Source of the DNA: Octopus sinensis
Lineage: Eukaryota
Assembly (NCBI RefSeq): GCF_006345805.1
Contig: NC_043020.1
Location: 6,324,001 to 6,388,000 of the forward strand
Direction: 5' to 3'
Length of the DNA stretch: 64,000 nucleotides
Shown piece after piece: positions 54,441 through 64,000 of this stretch (positions within the stretch are counted from its first letter, which is position 1; each line of letters starts with the position of its first letter). The notes beneath the pieces were generated by a model, which was not told the origin of the DNA, made no database searches, and saw only the letters and a program-made list of their open reading frames with translations. The translations under genes and the position numbers were made by a program.

Positions 54441-55825
54441 AATACATTAATTTGCTTGTTAAGCAACAGATATGAATTTTTACATACACACATGTATATA
54501 TATACACAATGAACATGTACATACAAACTCATTCTTATGTATATATTTATCAAACAGCATTCAGCTTAGCCTTAAACCGCTAGCTATAGTCAAAAGCTCC
54601 CTAACATGTGTGTGTGTGTGTGTGTGTGAACTAACGTATATGAAATCAGTGATGCACAGACACACACACACACACAGTATTATAGTACCATACATACACA
54701 CGAACAGTGACACAACCAGATACACACACACACACACACACACACATAGTAATTACTTATTTATCATAATATATACATTCGTGTGTGTGTGTGTGTGTGT
54801 GTTGGTGCAAACAGGAAAAATAGAACTCAAAATATGAGTACATATATATATATATATATTTATTAATATTTAGCAGGAGCAACAGAGTGACTCAAGGGTC
54901 ATGAGTTTCGTGTATTGGCACAAGTTTGGTAAATGCCAACGCATGAAACTCTCAGACCTTCAGTCACTGTGTCACTTCTGCTAAATATTAATAAATAAAT
55001 AAATAAATATATATATACATACACTCCCCAGACACATACACCCCCTATATATATATATATATATATATACCTATTTCTTTACTACCCACAAGGGGCTAAA
55101 CACAGAGAAGACAAACAAGGACAGACAGACGGATTAAGTCGATTATATCGACCCCAGTACACGACTGGTACTTTATTTATCGACCACGAAAGGACGAAAG
55201 GCAAAGTCAATATACAGATATATATACCACCCCATATATATATATATAGGGAATGTATGTGTGTATATGTTGTGTGTGTGTGTGTATATATATATATATA
55301 CATACATACATACATATATATATATATACATACATACATACATATATATATACATACATACTTACATATATACATACATACATATATACATATATATACG
55401 AGTGTGTGTATAAGCGAGCATTCTACAGTGAAAACCTACAACTTGAACATTTAAGAAAAACAAAAGGAAAAGACAACTGTGTAATGATGACGTTGTTTAA
55501 CCCCAGGCCTACTATGATCAAAGACACTCCATCCGTAAACATGTCTTTTATTTCGGACACTGTGTATCTAGATCTAACTTATTTGATGCGACCGTTTCTT
55601 GTCAAGGAGTGTAGGGTGTAAGCGAGGAAAGACTAGGGAGGAACGAAGTTTGGCTATTTCTAGCAAACCAAAGAACCACATGATGGTTTCCTTCAAATGA
55701 CATGTCGTGTAGATATGTAACTGGTGTGTTGATAAATTCTATTTCTCTGTCTTCTGGACTGTGTATGTATGTGTATGTGTATAACCACACGTATATAGTG
55801 ACTATGGGTGACTATGTCAATACAC

Positions 55826-55865
<40 letters not shown>

Positions 55866-56004
55866 AACATACACATTCATACGCCTTTCCTTTAAAATGT
55901 CTGTATGTATGTAGTCTTGTGTGTGCGTGTGTATTTGTGTGTAATGTTTGTGTATATATTATTTGTGTATAAGAACTACGTCAGTAGGTGCACGTATGCG
56001 AATG

Positions 56005-56052
<48 letters not shown>

Positions 56053-56384
56053 CGTGGTATAGGTGAGATAATCAGGTGTCCTTCTTTTACGGCTAATTTA
56101 TGAATGAAGATCAAGTGACAAGAGTGGTTGCAAGGTGGCGGTGTTGGTGGCATCGGTGGAGGCGGGTGTGGAAGAAGGGGGGGGGGAGGAGGAAAAGAAA
56201 AGACAAGCGGTTTACAACCGAAGTGTTTAGAGATGGTGAGAAGAAAGCGGAGGTGGAGGAGGGGGGCAGGGCTAGAGGTAAAGACGAGGCGATAGTAATT
56301 AGCAAAATAAATTAATTAATTAAATAGATAAATAATAGAAATTAAGACCAACACACACGAACAACAACCAAACCACTTTACATG

Positions 56385-56695
56385 TCACATCATCATCACC
56401 ACGACCACCACCACCACAACCACCACCACCACCACCATCATCACAACCATCACCATCATCACAACCACTACCATCATCACAACGACCACCATCATCACAA
56501 CCACCACCACCACCATCATCATCACAACCTCCACCATCATCACAACCACCACCATCATCACAACCACCACCACCATCATCACAACCACCACCATCATCAC
56601 AACCACCACCATCATCATCACAACCTCCACCATCATCACAACCACCACCACCACCACCACCACCACAACCACCACCACCATCATCATCACAACCA
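56385..56695. repeat. (CAC/CAT/CAA)n compound trinucleotide repeat just inside the first SCHIP1 intron
   Basis: Direct reading of the sequence. Confidence 0.95.
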
Positions 56696-56741
56696 GCAGT
56701 ATTTAGTCCTTACTATTAAACAATAAATTGTTACTACTTAC

Positions 56742-56936
56742 CCATTCATAGTTCTCCCACAATGCCTCCCAAGAATACATGGCAATTCCATCAGACGGCA
56801 GGGGTGATGCTAACGGTGATGATGATAATGAGGATGCTGAAGACGACGATGATGATGATGAAGAGGACGGTGAAAATAGCGGCGATGAGGGAAATAATGC
56901 GAAGGCTCGTCGGTGGCTCGAATAAGCAGCGGGCAT
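56742..56936 (-). CDS. SCHIP1: Probable first coding exon of SCHIP1 homologue (MPAAYSSHRR...poly-Ser...YSWEALWENYEW)
   Basis: ATG at 56936, 65 codons, ends at a strong phase-0 donor TGG|gtaagt, compatible with the phase-0 acceptor at 30115. The WEAL motif recalls vertebrate SCHIP1 DWEALEKHL, which precedes the REEIR/ALG motif. The link across a 26.6-kb intron is inferred. Confidence 0.6.
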
Positions 56937-58550
56937 ATTATCCTCCTGATTGTAAGCTTGGGATTAATAATAATAATAATAATAATAATGATGATAAGCT
57001 ATTATCATTATTATTATTATTGTTAATTAATTAATTAATTAATTAATTAATTAATTAGTTAATTAGTATTAAGTGTTGGTGCAACTTAGGGTTTGGGTTG
57101 GGTTTGCCACACCGGTTGCTTTTGCTTGCCCCACCGCCGCGGCTCGGAGCTTTAACCACACATGTAGCGGCGACACCGCCACATGTCGCGGGGAGAAGAG
57201 GAGAAACCCAGTGACATGGACTTGGGAGAAATGCGTAGTGTCCGTCTGTCCGCCTGTACGTCCGTCCGCCTGTCTGACGGATAGATAGATAGATGGATAG
57301 ATAGATAGATGGAAGGATAGAGAGGAGGAGGAGAGAGAGAGGGAAAGAATGAAAGAGAGAGAGAGAGGGGGGTTCGCAGTTAGATCATCGTCTGTAGTTT
57401 AACGTCTGTCTCTCAATGAAATGAGTCGAACTGCAGTAGTGATAGGATGAGGAGGAGGAGGAGTATGTTAGCAGTGGTAGCTGCATTAGTAGCAGTAGTA
57501 GTATGCTTGTTTGTAGTAACTGTAGCAGAAATATAAGAAAGATAGGATGGGAGAGAGAGAAGGAAAGAAAGGAGGAGAGTGGTGGGGGAGGGGGAAAGAG
57601 AGAGGAAGGCAAAGGGATAAGAGTGATAGGAGAGAGAGAGAAAGGAAGATAAAAAGGGAGAGAAGGAGGAGAATGGAAGAGCAGAGTGATAGGACGAGAG
57701 CAAGGAAGACGAGAAAGAGAGAACGAGAGATGAAAGACAGGAAGCAAGAGAGACGTAAAGAGAGAGAAAGAGAGAGACAATAAGCGAGGGAGAAGGAAGG
57801 AGAAAGGGAGAGAGAGAAGGCAAAGAGGGAGAGAGAAGGCAAAGAGAGAGAGAAGGAATAGAGGGAGAGAAGGCAAAGAGGGAGAGAGAAAGGGGGGAGA
57901 GTTAGGGTACGATTGGTAGCAGCAGTATTTCGCCTGTTGCAGCCAAGAACGGTAGATCTGGAAAGCGGAACCATCGTTAACCACCACCACCACCACCAGC
58001 ACCACCACCACCATCATCATAATAATAATAAATACCAGTTGTATATTGTAAAAAAACGACATAACCCAGTGTAAGGTGCCCCTTCTGTATGTAATAATCG
58101 GTGGCTTTCTTTCTGCCCAGTTTTTGCAACGGTTAATACTTACTTGCAGAGGAGAGAGAGAGAGAGAGAGAAAAAATAATATTCGAGGTACTTGCTTTAG
58201 TGTTTGAAGGGCAATCCAGAAATTTTAAGGCGTGTAACGTGACCTTTTTTTTTTTTACCTAATCTGACAGTCATCATATTATTTTTAAGGAGATTATATA
58301 TATCTATCTATATATATATGATGAGAGAAGGGTGTTTGTCCCGTGTTTGCAATAATCGTTCACCAGCAGCCCTTCTGCCAAATAAAGAAATAAGAATAAC
58401 AATTATTCTCATTATTATTATTATTATTTAATTAAACCGAAGAAATGATACATCTATGCTAATATATATCTTTCTCTCCCAATGTGCGTATGGACAGGCC
58501 GGTACAACCATATATATGTATGTGTGAGAGTGTATGAACATGTATGTATG

Positions 58551-58629
<79 letters not shown>

Positions 58630-59400
58630 AAGGGTGAAAAGGAACACACGAGTTGATATATATGAAAAAACAAGTCAAAAATAAAATTATTTTAGCATTT
58701 TCTATTTTTGACTTGTTTTTTCATACATATATACATATATATATAGATGTAGGTCCCGGGTTGAGTCGGGGTTAACCACAGTAAATAAGGTACTCAATAC
58801 ATAGCAGAGTAAATTAATTTATTTTATAGAAGGAGCTTCTACAGGACTAGAACTGTTTCATTCAAAATGTGTATATATATATATATACATATTTTTAGAG
58901 AGAAAGAGAGAGACTATGTTGCATATATATATTTTCCATATACATCCGAAAAGGTTTATTTTCGCTAAGGAATGCAGTTTTCCGTTGCCTTCTAATTTGT
59001 GTCGCCCTTATGGCAAATACAGAATCCCTCATCACCATCGTCATAAACGGATAGTAGCAAAAAAAAGAAAGAAAAAACGATGGTGCGTCGAACAAAAATA
59101 TCTTGCATTTAGTTACATATATATCGAGTCTCTTTGAAAAGCAAATCGTGCATTAGGCCTTGCCTTTCACTCTCACCCCTCCTGGAATCGATTCAGTAAT
59201 TAGCAATAATCCTGTATATTACTAATAACACTCATTAATTAGAATATATATGCACGTCCTTCGTAGATTTATGGTCCCATAGTAACTGAAGTGGGATAGG
59301 AGCAACAGAATTTAGCATAGTTGTAAAAGGGACAGCGTAGATACGAGGAAGGGAGCACTTGTATGGAGTAGAGTTGTCCCTAAGAAGCTGTACTTTCATT
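56937..59400 (-). promoter_or_regulatory. Putative 5' UTR/promoter region of SCHIP1
   Basis: SINE-free. CpG-rich patch at about 57110-57290. Candidate upstream donor CAA|gtaagta at 58143 and candidate acceptor caatcag just before the ATG. Confidence 0.35.
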
Positions 59401-59790
59401 TTAGGGGATAAATTACCCTTCTATTCTTTTAACATATATTTACATATTTAATTTTTTTTTAATATTTGTACTGTACACATACATTTAAGTCGTGTATATT
59501 TGTGTGTATATGCATATATTTATATACATACACGTACGCACGTATACACACACACACATATTTACACACACACACATATATACACACACACACATATATA
59601 CACACACATATATATATACACACACACACATATATATACACACACACACACATATATACACACACACACATATATATACACACACACATATATATACACA
59701 CACACATATATATACACACACACATATATACACACACACATATATATACACACACATATATATATACACACACCACATATATATATATAT

Positions 59791-59840
<50 letters not shown>

Positions 59841-59880
59841 TTAGCATACGGCCGACCACATAGTGGCTTGCCCTCCAAAT

Positions 59881-59929
<49 letters not shown>

Positions 59930-60373
59930 TGTGTGTATGTAAGTATGTATGTATACTCACACATATACACACGTATATCTGCATGTATGTTTGTATGTGC
60001 GCGTGTATAATATATTAAATCTAGTAATATATACGAATTATTAAAATATGTCGATATCGCGACAGTACTCGACATCTTTAGACAGAGTTAATTAAAATGT
60101 GAACGGTTCATTTAAATATACAGGAAACGTTGTCAGTTGTTATACACCAACCAAAACAAATACCCCCATCACAATAATATGTATGTGTGTATGTCATAAA
60201 TTTACATTGCATCTGATGCTTCGTCATTTTACCGTTCCTTTATTAGGTACATACACTGCGACATGTTTATACTACAGTACCCTAATATTTATAGGGTACA
60301 GTTATATAATGATTTTGCCGTAATGCCTGGTGGCAAAAGCAAAAGGTGAATTATCACGACTGCCAATGTTTTG

Positions 60374-60795
60374 GGCGATCTTTCGTCTCTAGTAGACCTT
60401 TCCGTCGATTTCCGTAAAAAAATTTTTTTTTTTTTTTACATATGGGCTTGCGGGAACATTTGAAGTAATATACATACATATACACATACACCGAGTAAAA
60501 AATTTCAGTTATCTCTTTCTTTCACACATTACTCTGTCTCTTCACACACACTAACAGAAGCACTTCACTTACACAACATACTGTCTGTCTCCCACACCCC
60601 ATCAAACACACACACATGTACATCAATGCTTCCCATGCACGGCAACTTCAAAAGAACTTCCCTCGTCATACAATCGCTTTCTCTTAGTCTCTTTCGCTCT
60701 CATTACTTCAAAAGTTCCCGCAAGCCCATATGTAAAAAAAAAAAAAAAATTTTACGGAAATCGACGGAAAGGTCTACTAGAGACGAAAGATTGCC
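60374..60795. mobile_element. MITE with about 95-bp TIRs
   Basis: 60374-60469 is the reverse complement of 60702-60795. Confidence 0.85.
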
Positions 60796-61120
60796 GAATC
60801 TTTTAATATAGCTTTATCTCTTATTTTACTTGTAAGCTAAGAAAGAAAAAAAGGTTCAGTGGTCAAGACTTTTATCCCAGATTGGTGACATTAACGCAGA
60901 TGATGTCCGGCCTGGTTCAATGTCTTCTTGAACACAGTAAACGGGGCAAGGACAAGATGTGTCCAGTCCACAGGCTCGCGACAGAAATAAAGACAGGCAG
61001 TGACCAGGTGGTGATGTTAAACTGGACAGTGGGTAAGGTCAACCAGCCAAGGACCAGGTGACGCTGTTAAAGTGGACATTGCATTAAGTCTGTCATCCAA
61101 GGACTTGGTCTGTGGAGAGG

Positions 61121-61326
61121 GGGACTGGAATGTCTTGTAGGGAACCAGTCGAGGGTGCAATAAAAGGTTGGGGACTGCTGCTGTAGGTGGGGGCTGGAAT
61201 GTCTTGTAGGGAACCAGTCGAGGGTGCAATAAAAGGTTGGGGACTGCTGCTGTAGGTGGGGGCTGGAATGTCTTGTAGGGAACCAGTCGAGGGGGCAATA
61301 AAAGTTTGGGGACTGCTGCTGTAGGG
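61121..61326. repeat. 69-bp minisatellite, 3 units
   Basis: ctggaatgtc starts at 61125, 61194 and 61263. Confidence 0.95.
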
Positions 61327-61404
61327 GATAACAAGTTTGAAGTCGACCCTCACTGGATACTGCACTCAGAACATGGCCAATGGAGTTGTAGTAGTAGTAG
61401 CAGT

Positions 61405-61701
61405 CAGTGGCGGACTGGTCAGATTGTCATCTTGCCCGATAGCAAGTGGGCCCCTGCGCCATTAGAATCCATATATGGGGGCCCATGTTAGTATCTAAGG
61501 GGCCCATCCCCTCAAGTTTGAGAATTTTTTAATCACTCCTGGAAGAATGTATTAATTAATTATTTCAGCCTGGCTGTGTTTGTAGACAGTTGAAAAGAAT
61601 ACTTTTAACAAAAAAACAAAAATTAAATTATAGCATTGTAGTTTCGGGTGGGCCCCCTTAGTCTCCTGGCAACCAATATTTTTAGACCCAGTTCGCCACT
61701 G
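61405..61701. mobile_element. hAT-type MITE
   Basis: TIR cagtggcggactgg / ccagttcgccactg; 8-bp TSD gtagcagt / gtagtagt (7/8 match). Confidence 0.8.
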
Positions 61702-63199
61702 GTAGTAGTAATAGTAGTAGTAGTGGTGGTGGTGGTGGTGGTGGGTGGTGGTGATAATAACAATTGTAATAATTGTATTGGTAGTAGTAACGAAGTGGTG
61801 GTGGTGGTGGTGGTGGTAGTGTTATCAGAGCTGAGTAAGAACACTTATGTAGACATGTAGCAAAGCACTACCACCACTACTGCCACAACCATACCATCAC
61901 CTCCACTACTACTACAACTACTACTACTACTAATAATAATAATAATAGTATAACCACTATAGCAATACTACTATTACACTACTGCCACTATCACTACTAC
62001 TACAACTACTACATACTTCCATCATCGATGGTGATGTTTATAGTAATTATGTCTATACCACTAATACTAGTACATGTACTAATACTAGTCAGCTACTATT
62101 ACCGATATTTTCAAACACACACACACACACACACACAGCCCTTCTAGAGATCTAAATGAAACAGTCTGGAGAGATGGAGAGGCGGAGAGATGGAGAGGCG
62201 GAGAGAAATGAGAAAGACTATGTGAAAGAGAGATAGAGATACAAAATCAGTGAGAGGAGAAAGAGAGAGTGAGAGAGAAAAGGCAGTCACATAGATGTGT
62301 GTGAGTGTTTGTGTATGTTGCTGTATTTTGGGTGACTATGCCAATAAACACACACATATATATATATTATATACATACATACACATACATATACCACATA
62401 CACAATCTATATATAGAGAGAGAGGAGAGAAAGAGAGAGGAGGAGAGAGGAAAGAAAGAGAGAGAGGAGAGAAAGAGAGAGTGAGAGAGGAGAGGAGAGT
62501 GAGAGAGGAGAGAAAGTGAGAGAGAGAGGAGAGAAAGAGAGAAGATAAGTGAGAGAGGAGAGAAAGAGAGGGATGAGAGAGAGAAGAGAGGATAAGAGAG
62601 AGAGAGAGTGTGTGAGAGAAGAGAAAGAGAGAGGAGAGAGAGAAAGAGAGAGGAGAGAGAGAGAGAGAGAGGAGAGAGAGAAAGAGAGAGGATGAGAGAG
62701 ATAACAAACGAATAAGATACAAGAGTGACTAAATTAATAAGAATGTAAGATTCAACAACAGAATCAAAAAAAAAGAAGAAACGAAGAATTTATTTCAAAA
62801 TACTACAAAATAAAGAGTTATTAAATTCTAACGAGGTCTTGGATTCCTAGATGCCCCAAAATATATTAGTGTCTTCCTCTCCGCTATACTTCCACATAGC
62901 CAAGGGTGTTTTTAATCTTGGGAGTCAAAGGTTGACCTTACTAGTGCTGGGTCTCACAAGAAAGAAAACGAAATAGGGCCCAGTTGATTCCATAAAATCG
63001 TTGACATTAAGAAGGGCATCCAGTTATAGAAACCATGCCAAAGTAGATACAGGAGCACAACATGGTTGTCTGGCTGATTTCAGTCCATCAAACTATGTAA
63101 TTCGGTGGTTCTCAGCAAGGGCCAATATTGCTCTTAGGGGTCTGTTATAAGGTTTTATTGTTAAAATTCATGCACTATAAACTGGATATACTTCTACAA

Positions 63200-63562
63200 A
63201 ACTCTTTTACTCTTGTTTCAGTCATTTGACTGCGGCCATGCAGGAGCACTGCCTTTAGTCGAGCAAATCGACCCCAGGATTTAATCTTTGTAAACCTAGT
63301 ACTTAATCTATCGGGCTCTTTTGCCGAGCTGCTAAGTTACGGGGACGTAAACACACCAGCATCGGTTGTCAAGCGATGTTGGGGGGACAAACACATTCAC
63401 ACATATATACGATGGGCTTCTTTCAGTTTCCGTCTACCAAATCCACTCACAAGGCATTGGTCGGCCCGGGGCTATAGCAGAAGACACTTGGCCAAGGTGC
63501 CACGCAGTGGGACTGAACCCAGAACCATGTGGTTGGTTAGCAAGCTACTTACCACACAGCCA
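63200..63562 (-). mobile_element. SINE family A
   Basis: Reverse complement of the family A consensus. Confidence 0.88.
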
Positions 63563-64000
63563 TAAATACAAAGAAAATCAAACAAAACTACACAAGGTAT
63601 GTGTGTTGTTAGTTGTGGTTTTAGGCATAAAAGAATATATTCTCGATGTGCCTGGTTTAAAGAACACTCGAAAGTAAGTCATAGTCAAGTGAGAGAACTC
63701 ACATCAGGTCCTTTCTCGCAGCGACAGACATCGATGTTTCATCATTATCCTGACTCATCAATGCTGCATGCTGCACAAAGCCCGCTGCAAGTTATGTTGC
63801 CAGCTATGACTATATGCTAAATGGTTTTAAACAGCATCAGCTGGCATGTCCTAACATTCCATGCCATGGAAAAAATTCAAATATGAATATATATATATAT
63901 ATATATATAAATCAGAAATCAGAATCAAAATCAAAAGCGATCAACATCAATGGAAATTGTAGCTGTGATACCAGTGCCGGGGGCACGTAAGAGAACCATC

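Noticed and set aside
56382-56726. His-rich 114-aa ORF
   Set aside because: (CAC/CAT)n microsatellite, antisense within the first intron.
61121-61326. CRISPR-like regular repeats (also 30214-30480)
   Set aside because: Units are contiguous with no unique spacers, there are no cas genes, and the context is eukaryotic.

Overview
AT-rich eukaryotic genomic DNA, dense in microsatellites and retroposons. The repeat landscape (tRNA-derived SINEs, (TA)n/(TAA)n/(TACA)n arrays) suggests a coleoid cephalopod such as Octopus; this is an inference, not a database result. One protein-coding gene is supported: a minus-strand, multi-exon Schwannomin-interacting protein 1 (SCHIP1) homologue. Five phase-consistent exons lie at 30115-23653 (DREEIRRKLAMG...GMNLQLCF...QEEAKLALAQ...MQLEVEKQ...QLQVIVNDL...[14 protein letters not shown]). 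A probable first coding exon lies about 26.6 kb upstream (56936-56742). The C-terminus is unresolved. The rest is mostly SINEs (about 5 families), LINE fragments (RTE, CR1, R4/Dong-like, L1/Tx1-like), decayed mariner/Tc1 transposases, MITEs, a Helitron-type element and Penelope-like remnants. Almost all ORFs in the supplied track are microsatellite artefacts. The main findings are: minimal type I hammerhead-ribozyme folds with compensatory stem changes; a SINE with a G(G/A)TA target preference that inserts into its own head; and several long fold-back structures around SCHIP1 exons. Repeat boundaries are read by eye and approximate.
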